This document shows positions 13,761 to 25,944 of a stretch of DNA of 64,000 nt, piece after piece. The stretch comes from Macrostomum lignano (taxonomy: Eukaryota), in the NCBI GenBank assembly GCA_002269645.1, contig NIVC01001052.1:62001-126000 (forward strand). Direction: 5' to 3'. The notes beneath the pieces are model-generated. The model saw only the letters and a program-made list of their open reading frames with translations, was not told the origin of the DNA and ran no database searches. Both the position numbers and the translations under genes were made by a program. The first letter of the stretch is position 1. The number at the start of each line of letters is the position of its first letter.

Positions 13761-13830
13761 GACTAACTAACTAAACTAACTAACTGACTGACTAAATAAC
13801 TAACCTAGATAGCTAGCTAGCTAACTATCA
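13172..13830. repeat. (TAAC)n microsatellite with AGGA and TAGC interruptions
   Basis: Direct reading of the sequence. Confidence 0.98.
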
Positions 13831-13947
13831 GTAACTGATTGGCGGATCTGCTACATTTCCTAGAAAGGTTCAGCATATCCAATTCAAGGTAAAAAAACAA
13901 TTTAGGCGTGCCAGTCCGTTTTGGCTTCACTTTTTTGTTTTCCTTTT

Positions 13948-16900
13948 CTAAGCGCTAAGCGACTGGGCCAGCAGATGGTCAATCAGGCCATGAAGCTTGG
14001 CCACGCAGTCGTCAATGCTGTCGCTTTCCCAGCTGAGGCACCGCTCTGGCAGGCGGCTCAGCCTCTCCAGCGCTTCCGCCGCCGTTTCAGCCGGCGCTGT
14101 TGGCAGGCCGCGCGCCCGATACAAATCGGCAAACTTAGCCGGATGCGCCGTGGCGAAAACTACGCGCGGCGGCGCCAAATTAGCGCCAGAATTGGCGCCG
14201 GTGCTATCAGCGACTTTATCGGCATCGGCGCTAGAAGGTTCCAGCGCCGGCAATAGAGCGCAGGCAGTGTGCGGACAGGCCAGGTAGCCTAGCTCAGAGT
14301 GCGCCTTGACAACCGTTGCCTGGCAATCGGCGTCCGTAGCAACAAATGAGCTGACGCCCAAGTTGGCCAGCTGAAAATGCAGTTAAAGTTAAATTGAAGT
14401 TTTTTTAAGCTTGAAACTTTTTAACAGTTGTGCAAATGACTGAAGCTACGGTCAATCTGACATTAGAATGGGCAGCATCGACAGGCACAGACTCCAGCTC
14501 TCACCTTGGCCCGCTCCTGTTCCGTCAGCTCAACTGGCTGCTTCGAATCGAATCGGCGGGACAGCTCGGCGGCCCGGCTGCGGCTGCCGGCCAGCAGGCT
14601 GAGCAACCGGGGGATGTTGTAGGGATTCTGGGCGGCGGGGAGTGTGATTGATGGGTTCTGTTAGGCATTAATGTATTCATAGAATCAGCTTATTAAATTG
14701 AGGATCTGGGAGGCTGGCCCAGCAACTGAGGATCTGGGAGGCTGGCCCAGCAGCTGACACTCTGGGAGGCTGGCTCAGCAACTGAGGATGTGGGAGGCTG
14801 GCCCAGCAACTGAGGATCTGGGAGGCTGGCCCGACAACTCAGGATCTGGGAGGGTGGGCCAGCAGCAGAGCGTTAAACTTACAGCAATGTCCATAGCAAC
14901 AGATGTGGTGCACACAGACGGCCTGGGCAGGAAGCGGCCCTCGGAGATAAGCTGGTGCGCAGCGGCGTTCTGATTATTGGCAGCGCAGGTAGCAATAGGC
15001 AGGCCCATTGCTCGAGCCAAACAGGCCGCCGTTAAATTGCCGCAGCCTCCGGTTGGCACAAAGAATTGCACCTGTTGACCAATGCACCGGGTGGCCTGGA
15101 TAGGAGGGGTTGGGCAGAGAGTGAAGGATGTGGCGAGATCAAGCTGCAGAGGAGGGTCTGTGGTGAGAAGGGTGGGTGCATGGATGATGAAGCTGGGAGA
15201 GGGTGGGTGAATGGATGATAAAGCTGAGAAAGGGTGGGTGAATGGGTGATGAAGCTGAGCAAGGGTGAGTGAATGGATGATAAAGCTGAGCAAGGGTGGG
15301 TGAATGGATGATGAAGCTGAGCAAGGGTGGGTGAATGGATGATGAAGCTGAGCAAGGGTGGGTGAATGGATGATAAAGCTGAGCAAGGGTGGGTGAATGG
15401 ATGATGAAGCTGAGCAAGGGTGAGTGAATGGATGATGAAGCTGAGCAAGGGTGGGTGAATGGGTGATGAAGCTGAGCAAGGGTGGGTGAATGGATGATGA
15501 AGCTGAGCAAGGGTGAGTGAATGGATGATAAAGCTGAGCAAGGGTGGGTGAATGGATGATGAAGCTGAGCAAGGGTGGGTGAATGGATGATGAAGCTGAG
15601 CAAGGGTGAGTGAATGGATGATGAAGCTGAGCAAGGGTGGGTGAATGGGTGATGAAGCTGAGCAAGGGTGGGTGAATGGATGATGAAGCTGAGCAAGGGT
15701 GAGTGAATGGATGATAAAGCTGAGCAAGGGTGGGTGAATGGATGATGAAGCTGAGCAAGGGTGGGTGAATGGATGATGAAGCTGAGCAAGGGTGAGTGAA
15801 TGGATGATAAAGCTGAGCAAGGGTGGGTGAATGGATGATGAAGCTGAGCAAGGGTGGGTGAAGGGAGCTCACACTAAAGTAGGCATAGAAGTAGGCGGGT
15901 ATTTGGAAGAGCACCCGGCCCCAGTTGGCGGAATTCTGGGTGCACAGCAGCGTCCCATCGCACTGATCTCCGTCCGCAGTCCGCCGCTGTCTCTGCAGCG
16001 TGGCCGTCCGAATCACGTCGTCAAGCTGGTCGGAGTCCATAGTAACCGAGGCGACTCGGACGCGGTCGCATTGGCTAGTTGTCATGGCAACGCGTTGATA
16101 AGCGGACACGCGGCCCACCGGCAGCAGGACGACCAGGCCGAGCCGGCTGGAGCTGCCCAGCGACTCCACCGCGCGGATGGCGGAGCCGCCCGTGTCACCG
16201 GATGTGGCTGGCGGCGACGGGAGGGGGGTGGTAGTCGCTTTTATCATCAACAGAATATTCATCATTTATTATCAGCGGCGATATTAATAATTATCATATT
16301 CGCTACTCGACATTTACAATTAATATATTATACTTTTAGTTAGGCTTAGCTTATAATTAATATATAATGTCAATCGAAGAGAACTGCTAGTAAGCTCGAA
16401 AAGAATACGAAAACATTAAAACTACAATTTCACAGCTTTGCAACTTCCTTTATAATCTTCAATCCTTCTGTTAAAAAAAGCAAAATTTCCGTTCATAACC
16501 TCTAATCCTTCTATTCATAGTCTCTAATCCTTCTATTCATAATCTCTAATCCTTCTATTCATAATCTCTAATCCTTCTATTCATAATCTCTAATCCTTCT
16601 ATTCATTATCTCTAATCCTTCTATTCATAATCTCTAATCCTTCTATTCATAATCTCTAATCCTTCTATTCATAATCTCTAATCCTTCTATTCATAATCTC
16701 TAATCCTTCTATTCATAATCTCTAATCCTTCTTTTCATAATCTCTAATCCTTCTATTCATAATCTCTAATCCTTGTATTCATAATCTCTAATCCTTTTAT
16801 TCATAATCTCTAATCCTTTTATTCATAATCTCTAATCCTTCTATTCATAATCTCTAATCCTTGTATTCATAATCTCTAATCCTTCTATTCATAATCTCTA

Positions 16901-18787
16901 ATCCTTCTATTCATAGTCTCTAATCCTTCTATTCATAATCTCTAATCCTTCTATTCATAATCTCTAATCATTCTATTCATAATCTCTAATCCTTCTTTTC
17001 ATAATCTCTAATCCTTCTATTCATAATCTCTAATCCTTGTATTCATAATCTCTAATCCTTTTATTCATAGTCTCTAATCCTTCTATTCATAATCTCTAAT
17101 CCTTCTATTCATAATCTCTAATCCTTCTATTCATAGTCTCTAATCCTTCTATTCATAATCTCTAATCCTTCTATTCATAATCTCTAATCCTTCTTTTCAT
17201 AATCTCTAATCCTTCTATTCATAATCTCTAATCCTTGTATTCATAATCTCTAATCCTTCTATTCATAATCTCTAATCCTTCTATTCATAATCTCTAATCC
17301 TTCTATTCATAATCTCTAATCCTTCTATTCATAATCTCTAATCCTTCTATTCATAATCTCCTGTCCTTCCGTTCATAATCCCTAACCCTTCCGTTCATAA
17401 TCTCCAACACGGCAACACCCACAGGGCCGCCATCAGAAAAGCAGCAGACCTCCTCACCAACAAGGGAGACACATTTAGCCTGGCGCTTCTTCAGAAAATG
17501 GTTCATCAACGCAGTGGTGAAGCACATGGCGTAGTCTTTGAAGCACAGGGTAGGAGCGTGGAACATTTCTAGCACGGAGACGCTATCAGCCAGCTGGTGA
17601 ATTCGAGGCGATTGAAGATTTAAGTCCAGCGTTTTGTAAGCCTCGGTGAGCACAACTGCGAAATTTTGGCAATTATGGAATTAGAATTAATCGATTATTT
17701 AAAGCGATATGCGAATTGCGAAAAGTTTGGCTTTTGTTGTTTCAGGTTAGAAACGGATTGGGGATTATGGAGATATGAAGAATGAGGATATGAAGATTGG
17801 GGATATGAATATTAGAGGATATGAAGATTAGGGATATGAAGATTGGGGATATGAAGAATGGGGATATGAAGATTAGGGGATATGAAGATTAGGGATATGA
17901 AGATTGGGGATATGAAGATTAGGGGATATGAAGATTAGGGATATGAAGATTGGGGATATGAAGATTAGGGGATATAAAGATTGTGGATATGAAGAATGAG
18001 GATATGAAGATTGGGGATATGAAGATTGTGGATATGAAGAATGAGGATATGAAGATTGGGGATATAAAGATTGTGGATATGAAGAATGAGGATATGAAGA
18101 TTGGGGATATGAAGATTGTGGATATGAAGAATGAGGACATGAAGATTGGGGATATGAAGATTGGGGGATATGAAGATTGGGGATAAGAAGATTGTGGATA
18201 TGAAGAATGAGGATATGAAGATTGGGGGATATGAAGATTGGGGATAAGAAGATTGGGGATATGAAGAATGAGGATAAGAATGATTTGGGGATGTGGACTG
18301 TAGGATATGAAGACTGGGGGACATGAAGATAAAGGGATATTAAGACTGGGGGATATGAAGATTAAGGGATATGAAGACTGGGGGACATGAAGATAAAGGG
18401 ATATGAAGACTGGGGGACATGAAGATAAAGGGATATTAAGACTGGGGGATATGAAGATTAAGGGATATGAAGACTGGGGGACATGATGATTAGGGATATG
18501 AAGACTGGGGGACATCAGGATTAAGGGATATGAAGAAAGGCTACAAAAGTGAACAATGACCAACCTGACAGCTCGTCAGTGGCAATCTCAGCCGGATCAA
18601 TAAAGTAGCGAGCAATTCTAATGCACAATTTCAAATAGCTCAGCCGAGCCAGAGTTTCCAGTTCGAGTTTCTTTAGCTGCGGCACAGACTCGGGCATGAG
18701 AAGGCCGCCATCGGACGCGTACAGAGTGAACAGAGCCTGCTCAAAGGTCAGACCGCTGACCTCTCCACCTGTGCTCTCGTATCGCAT
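13948..18787 (-). CDS. THNSL2: Threonine synthase-like 2 (PLP-dependent phospho-lyase family), 6 coding exons
   Basis: Exons 18787-18565, 17655-17458, 16207-15873, 15095-14883, 14627-14505, 14370-13948, GT-AG and phase-consistent. Motifs MRYESTGG..FEQAL..YASDGGLLMP, FHAPTLCFKD (PLP lysine), ATSGDTGG, NSANWGR, VPTGGCGN, MDIA-NPYN, CPHTA, TAHPAKF. Subfamily call is from motif similarity to animal THNSL2. Confidence 0.9.
14700..14865. repeat. Short minisatellite of about 28-30 bp (CTGAGGATCTGGGAGGCTGGCCCAGCAA) in THNSL2 intron 4
   Basis: About 6 tandem copies. Confidence 0.9.
15170..15862. repeat. 31-bp minisatellite (GAATGGATGATGAAGCTGAGCAAGGGTGGGT), about 22 copies, filling THNSL2 intron 3
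   Basis: Direct periodicity. It makes ORF 14775..16265 read through the intron as a repetitive peptide. Confidence 0.97.
16490..17402. repeat. 22-bp minisatellite (ATAATCTCTAATCCTTCTATTC), about 41 copies, THNSL2 intron 2
   Basis: Direct periodicity. Confidence 0.97.
17758..18535. repeat. Minisatellite of about 15 bp (GGGGATATGAAGATT), about 50 copies, THNSL2 intron 1
   Basis: Direct periodicity with variants. Confidence 0.96.
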
Positions 18788-18984
18788 CGTAGATGCCGCT
18801 CTGTGCGAGTGACTTGACTCTTTATTGAATTTCTTTAGCCAACTGAATGCTATTCAAGCTGCATAAGTTTGGGGCTTATGCAGAAGTGGCAAGCGGAGAT
18901 GTAGTTAGCAAAAATAGATTTATGCCATGATAAAGACCGCCTTTTCTCAACAGGAGTCCAATCAGGGGTACATATAAAATGGTC

Positions 18985-20050
18985 TGGATCAGCGATAGGA
19001 GGGTGGAGATCAGGGATGGGAAGGTCGAGATCAGGGATGGGAGGATCTAGATCAGGGATGGGAGGATCTAGATCAGGGATGGGAGGATCTAGATCAGGGA
19101 TGAGAGGATCTAGATCAGGGATGGGAGGATCTAGATCAGGGATGGGAGGGTCTGGATCCGGGATAGGATAGGATGGTCTAGATCAGGGATAGAAGGGTCT
19201 AGATCGGGGATAGAAGGGTCTAGATCAGGGATAGAAGGGTCTAGATCAGGGATGGGAGGGTCTAGATCAGGGATAGGAGAGCCTAGATCAGGGATGGAAG
19301 GATCTAGATCAGGGATAGGAGGGTTTAGATCAGGGATAGAAGGGTCTAGATCGGGGATAGAAGGGTCTAGATCAGGGATAGAAGGGTCTAGATCAGGGAT
19401 GGGAGGGTCTATATCAGGGATGGAAGGGTCTAGATCGGGGATAGAAGGGTCTAGATCAGGGATAGAAGGGTCTACTAGATCAGGGATGGGAGGGTCTAGA
19501 TCAGGGATAGGAGAGCCTAGATCAGGGATGGAAGGATCTAGATCAGGGATAGGAGGGTTTAGATCAGGGATAAGATAGGATGGTCTAGATCAGGGATGGG
19601 AGGGTCTAGATCAGGGATAGGAGAGCCTAGATCAGGGATGGAAGGATCTAGATCAGGGATAGGAGGGTTTAGATCAGGGATAAGATAGGACGGTCTAGAT
19701 CAGGGATAGAAGAGTCCAGATCAGGGATGGGAGGGTCTAGATCAGGGATAGGAGGGCCTAGATCAGGGATGGGAGGATCTAGATCAGGGATAGGAGGGCC
19801 TAGATCAGGGATGGGAGGGTCTAGATCAGGGATAGGAGGGCCTAGATCAGGGATGGAAGGATCTAGATCAGGGATAGGAGGGCCTAGATCAGGGATGGAA
19901 GGATCTAGATCAGGGATAGGAGGGCCTAGATCAGGGATGGAAGGATCTAGATCAGGGATAGGAGGGCCTAGATCAGGGATGGAAGGATCTAGATCAGGGA
20001 TAGGAGGGCCTAGATCAGGGATGGAAGGATCTAGATCAGGGATCGGAGGG
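18985..20050. repeat. 21-bp minisatellite (TCTAGATCAGGGATGGGAGGG), about 50 copies, intergenic
   Basis: Direct periodicity; explains the GSRSGI/PIPDL ORFs. Confidence 0.96.
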
Positions 20051-20389
20051 TTTAAGTCACTGATGAGAGGGTCTACATCAGGGGTCAAGCTGAAGAATGA
20101 GAGTGCCTAAGAATATAGATTAAGTAAAACTGTTATTGGCGAAAATAGTCAAAGTTAATCACAATATCTTTACGTTATTGAAACACCCAGTGGGCATAAG
20201 ATTGATACAAACAAAAATGCAGCGAATAAATCAGGCTGTTATGTTTTTTACTAGTATAGCAACAAACACGGGTAGCAACCAAGCGAAAAAATTGACAATT
20301 TTAGAACACATGCATCAATAATAGAGGCAGCGATGACAGCGGCAAGGTACCAGTTGTACAAGATGTAATTCTTGGAAACAGCAGCTTGT

Positions 20390-20815
20390 GACGGCCTGAG
20401 TGGAGAGTGACAGCCTGAGGCTGAGGGTCAGACAAGTGACGGCCTGAGGCTGAGGGTCAGAGAAGTGACGGCCTGAGGCTGAGGGTCAGAGAAGTGACGG
20501 CCTGAGGCTGAGAGTCAGAGAAGTCACGGCCTGAGGCTGAGGGTCAGAGAAGTGACGGCCTGAGGCTGAGAGTCAGAGAAGTCACGGCCTGAGGCTGAGG
20601 GTCAGACAAGTGACGGCCTGAGGCTGAGGGTCAGAGAAGTGACGGCCTGAGGCTGAGGGTCAGAGAAGTGACGGCCTGAGGCTGAGGCTCAGAGAAGTGA
20701 CGGCCTGAGGCTGAGGGTCAGAGAAGTGACGGTCTGAGGCTGAGAGTCAGAGAAGTCACGGCCTGAGGCTGAGGGTCAGAGAAGTGACGGTCTGAGGGCC
20801 AGAGAGTGACAGCCT
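20390..20815. repeat. 29-bp minisatellite (AGAAGTGACGGCCTGAGGCTGAGGGTCAG), about 14 copies
   Basis: Direct periodicity. Confidence 0.95.
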
Positions 20816-20970
20816 CAAGCAGAGGGTCTGAATAGACAGACTAAGGACTGATTTAGGCCTAAGTTTGGCAGTCAAATAAAGCGCGACGGCTTCATCAAGA
20901 CTTTATAATTTAAGGCCATATGCTGCATATGCACGAGTGTAGTACTTAGCTACATAATTCTAAGACATAA

Positions 20971-22128
20971 TCATTGCGCCGACTTTCTACCAACAAAATA
21001 GCCCGTATAATAGCCGGACATATACCAGCTCATTAACATATTATAAGTAGATTCGTCCATAGCGGCCGAAGCGGCCTCTGGCAGGCTTGGCAGCGGAGGA
21101 GGCGGAGGAGGCGGCAGCTGATAAGAGCTCGAGGCACCTTCGGGATCGGTAGTGCCGATGGCTGCAGTCGCAGGTTCAGCGGGATAGTCAGTGGACGACT
21201 CGGCAGCGACAGCAGGCAGCAGGTCAGCCAGCGCCTGCTCTTCGCTGTTGCCGTAGTCGATGAATTCAACAATGCATCGATCGGAATTGGCGGCCAGGCG
21301 TACGATTCTAGCGCGATACTCGATGCCGTCCTCAGACCAGACTGCTCGGCAGAGGTCGCCAACTTGCCAGCGCTGCTGCTGGCTACTGTCTACTTGCTGC
21401 TTCTGCGACTGCTTTTTCTGTTGTTGTTGCTTTTGCTGCTGGTTCTGATTCTGCTGCTGTGGCTGCCTTCCTGTAGAAGAAATAGGAATAAAGACTTTTC
21501 CCCTCCTTAACCTTTAGGGTAATGTCTTCACCCGTCTTGTGTTAACAGGGTAATGTCTTAACAGGGTGATATCATAGCCTTCCTTTATGCTGATGCCTAA
21601 CCTTCAGGGCGATATCTTAACCTTCAGGGTGATATAATAACCTTCAGGGCGATGTCTTAACCTTCAGGGCGATGTCTTAACCTTCAGGGCGATATCATAA
21701 CCTTCAGGGCGATGTCTTAACCGTCAGGGCGATGTCTTAACTTTCAGGGCAAAGTCTTAACCTTCAGGGCGATATCCTAACCTTCAGGGCGATATCTTAA
21801 CCTTCATGGCGATGCCTAAACTTTATGACAATGTCAACCTTCATGGGGATGCCTTAACCTTTAACCTTCAAGATGCGTGTTTCCCACGTGTATTGATGCA
21901 TTTACGCCACGCTCTCTTATTCTCTGACAGTGTGCACAAAATTGCAACAACACTTTTGAATCCAAACGCACCGCCTCTTCGGCCAGTCCTAGCCGGTCCG
22001 GCCTCGCCCAGCACGAGTTCCCTGGCCCTGGCCACGGCTTCATCGTAAGCGGCAATCAGTGAAGAGTCGTCCCAATCTTCTGGGCGTAGCAAAAGATTCT
22101 CTTCCGGCTTCGCAGCCTGGTCTGACAT
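20971..22128 (-). CDS. SMN: Survival motor neuron protein (snRNP assembly), 2 coding exons
   Basis: Exon 1 22128-21972 contains WDDSSLIAAYDEAV (Gemin2-binding). Exon 2 21470-20971 (absent from the ORF track as a full product) encodes the Tudor domain WQVGDLCRAVWSEDGIEYRARI..CIVEFIDYGNSEEQALADLL, a poly-Pro tract and the YG box NMLMSWYMSGYYTGYFVG. Phase-1 GT-AG intron. Confidence 0.95.
21530..21860. repeat. 20-bp minisatellite (CCTTCAGGGCGATGTCTTAA) in the SMN intron
   Basis: About 15 degenerate tandem copies. Confidence 0.92.
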
Positions 22129-22768
22129 TCCACGCAATTCTTACACAGAAAATTGCTTTTCTTTCGATTTAGATTTAATTTAGGCTTCTTCGGCAGAAAG
22201 GCGAATAACGCATGACGTTTAACTAAAAAACAACTCTTTGAGCCTCCTATATCCCCAGGAGTGTAAGCTGCCTAACAACAAACAAGCCAGAAAAGCTTTG
22301 TTGTCGTATTATCGTTAGAAGCACTGCGATTTATATTATAATAGCTCAAAGTATAAGTACTAACCTACTAATTTTATTGTTTTTAATTTTGCGGATATTT
22401 AAAACAGAATATTGTGCAAAAAGTAAACTTATAGTACAGAAGTTATTTTAACCTCGCAGAATCTTACCTAGATTTTTGTCTGCCCAGTTAAATGTTTAAA
22501 AATACCTTTTATCAAGCGGCGCCTTACTGGTTTGCAAGTTAAATTGTGCCATATATTGCGTGCTACGAGCTAAACTTAGCATTAATAGCGAACTTCTTAT
22601 TTAAACAAAAACTGATTCTAAAAATAGAAACCAGCAAACGGCGAACTCGGAGAAGATGCTGGCAAAAATATTATAAAAGCATGTAGCCAGACAGGTAACT
22701 AACAGGTAAAGGTGGGACCTCTGCGATATACACTGAAAGTAAAGATATATCATTGTCAGCGCGCAAAT

Positions 22769-24259
22769 ATGAGATCGAGAAGCACTAGCTATATTTGTTG
22801 CCTGATATTTCTGTGCTGCTGCCTACTGTTTATAGTAGGATTACTTCTTGGTTAAACCTGTTGCTGCTGACTGACCAGCAAGATAGTGTTGACTCTGATT
22901 ATTTGAACCAATTCGCAAGGACGGCTACTCCTAGTCACAATGCCACAAGGTGAGAGACAGGTCTTCTTATTTATTATAACTTACCAACGCTTCATTTATT
23001 TTTCGACCAGATATACTGTCACAGACTTAGCTCAAAAATGACTCAAAGACCCATTTAACTTTCCAATTTTTATGAAGAATTCAAACTGAGTAAATAATCA
23101 TGACATTAAATATATAGTGTATGCGAGATGTATAGTAATGCTGAATTTAGCCCGTAGCACACAACATTTGGCAAAATTTAACTTGCAGGCCAGTATGGCG
23201 ACACTTTAAAAGTTTGGCGTTTTAGTAGGACCCATCAAGCGTGCCAAGTCGCGTGCTTTAAAGCAGAAAATACCTTGTTAACTATGCCAGTGGTCTAAAA
23301 GATGTAGTTGTCAACTATACTTTCAGTGTCCAGAAATGGAGAGGCAGACCACAGCAAGGCGGCAGCAGGTGCGCAATACCTCGCATGGAATCGAATCATA
23401 GCGCTGTAGAACGCCTAGTTTTCTGCCAGCTACTCGACCAGAAGAACCGCTTTGAGCCGTTTAATCGATCGAGACTAGTAAACATTACACAGGATCAAAA
23501 TGGCTCAACTAATTGCGACGCGTCTCACGGCAAGCAGCCTCTGTTAACGAATTGGTTCAACTCTAGCCAACTAGCCAAGCGTTGGATCAGCGTTGCGCAG
23601 TTTCTAGCCTTCATTGGAAACGACACATTCCAGGCGGATAAACGATTTAATCAAAGCTGGACAAATGGCAATCGGTTAGAGAGGCTGCGAATTTACACCA
23701 GATACTTGATGAGCACTCCAACTATGCAAAGCTTGCACTTAACACTGCTTAACAACGGACTAATACCAGCAAACCAGACCAGCATTGAAGCATTCTTCAA
23801 CGAGACAATGCACCCGTTGTGGTTTGAATTCTACGGCAGACGGAAAAAGCAGCAACGTCGAGGCTTCTACAATAGTTGCGGCTTTGAGCACGTGTTCGTT
23901 GGCGAACTGCGCGGCAAGAAGGTGATCGGCTTTCACAACTGGTTGCAGATGCTGTTACAAGAGGAATCAAACAGCCTGACCTACACGGGCAATCGGGAGT
24001 TCAGCAACAACCGGCCATTGTGGCTAGCGTCTGCTTCAACTGGTTCAATAGGAAAAAGGATTTCAGCACCATCATGCTAGGCGTGGAGCCAGAGTTTGAG
24101 CTGGCACTCTACACTGCAACGCATCTGCTCAAGGCTAATGGCGCTAGCAAGCTAACATTGGACGCATCAAGAAGGTGGAGACTAGAAGTGCAGAACTTCG
24201 AGAACGATTTCGCTCTCAATCACGTTCACGCAGCTTATCTGTACCGGTTAAAAGACTGA
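22769..24259 (+). CDS. ENDOU: EndoU/XendoU family poly(U)-specific endoribonuclease; as assembled, interrupted by two 1-nt deletions (assembly error or pseudogene)
   Basis: Exon 1 22769-22949 (hydrophobic N-terminus, shift near 22852), exon 2 23327-24259 (shift near 24016). Motifs FEHVFVGE, GFHNWLQ, FNWFNRKK, GVEPEFELALYT. The phase-2 intron is consistent after correcting the first shift. Confidence 0.85.
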
Positions 24260-25944
24260 GCTGATTTCTCTTTTATTGCTAATGCTATTGCTAAGCAGAT
24301 AAACTTATAGTGGTGGATAGAAATATTATTCTGTTTAATTTTTTGGATTCTGATTATATATTTTTCTTTTTTAAAATCCCAATTTTAAGCACTAACAACT
24401 TCAAGCTTTTAAGATTTTTGCATAGTTCCAATTTGATCCTCTGAGAAACTTAGAAGAAAAATATTTTTTGTTGTATCCGGGATACTCAAGTATATATTCT
24501 AAGAAAGTGTCAAGTCTAAAACCCTACTATCTAAATGTCAATAAAAATAAATCGCAAGCTTATAACTATGCTGCTGTATAACAACACAAAACAAAAATAG
24601 ACAATATATTTATGTTGATGGCTTCAATATGAATTAAAGTTTCACTCTGACAGCGCAATCTGACAACAAAGGCTACGCACAAATAAATCTGGGTAACTCA
24701 ATAATAACGGTCTGTCTCGAGTATGGAAGAAGTCCAGATAACTTTGGTTGAAATGATCAAATTAGTTAATTATGAAATTAAGGAATATCATGAAAAAATG
24801 GTTTCGGTTTCAAATGTTGACTAGCTGGTGAAACAAACGTGTTAAATCAATTTGAATAGGAATAATAAAGGTTTGACAGTTTTTCACGACAATTCTGGAC
24901 GAAATAAAAACACAAATAAACAAAAACTTTCTATTTAGTCACGAAGAATGAAAACCTTTATTATGTAAGGCTTGAATGACTACAGATTAATTAAATTCAT
25001 TAGAAAGCGCAACACCATAAGCAAAAAGTAATTATATGATAATTCACACAAAAGAAAAGGAAAGCAGTCACCAGGAGAGAAAAATTAACACCTGTTATAT
25101 ACCGTTAAGATTTCAACTGGAACAAAATCAATATCCAAAAAAGTACGACAATAGACGAGACAAATGAAAACGTCTAACTATTACGAAAAACAAATTAAAT
25201 GTCAACGTTATTTATTCATTAATAAATTCTGTCATGCGATAAAACGAGGATAACGAAAATCACAAATCATACAAGCTATCAATACAATGAGGCGCTAGAC
25301 ACAGGACAATAATAGTAACAATATAATTTTATTTTAAGTATATAATCACTGCTCTTTACAATTATCACAAAGCACTCGTTTAGGAACACTGAACAGTCGA
25401 ATTGAACGACTCAGAGGCATTTCAGGCAGAGAAAAAACGCTTATATCATTTGAATAATTGAATGAACAACTTCTACAAGTTTTCAATAACCATACTATAA
25501 ATAGAATATTCAATTTTTTTGCTTTACACCCTACTTACAATAGTTAAGAGAAAAATCCTAATAATAACAAAGGATTGACAGCTGCATGCATTTGGAAATA
25601 CCACCAAATCTTGCTAATATATTTCGGTAATTTATAGATCAATAAAGACACAAAGGAAACTTTAAGCTGCAATTCAGATTTTATACCAGTATGAGAAAAA
25701 AAGTTTGTTGACGCAGATCAAACATTATATTGCCAATACAACACAAGACTGAGAACACGCGTGCGCTTTACGACAAATGTTATAGAATTGCTGATTAACA
25801 CAATTTTATACATAGCTATTGTTAGTCCAGATGCACTCGTGACTCAACAGTCGCTCCAAAGTCACTAAGTGAGTTGTTTGCAATGAAGCAATTTCATAGC
25901 GATTCTGATCAGGGTAAAATTTTTAACGGGAATCGGCAATGTTT

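Noticed and set aside
13172-13830. (TAAC)n as an interstitial telomere
   Set aside because: The reverse complement is (GTTA)n, not TTAGGG or TTAGG; treated as an ordinary microsatellite.
24000-24080. Programmed -1 ribosomal frameshift in EndoU, or in pPolB
   Set aside because: No X XXY YYZ slippery heptamer in the required frame at the EndoU shift, and the number of shifts in pPolB is too high; indel error or decay is simpler.
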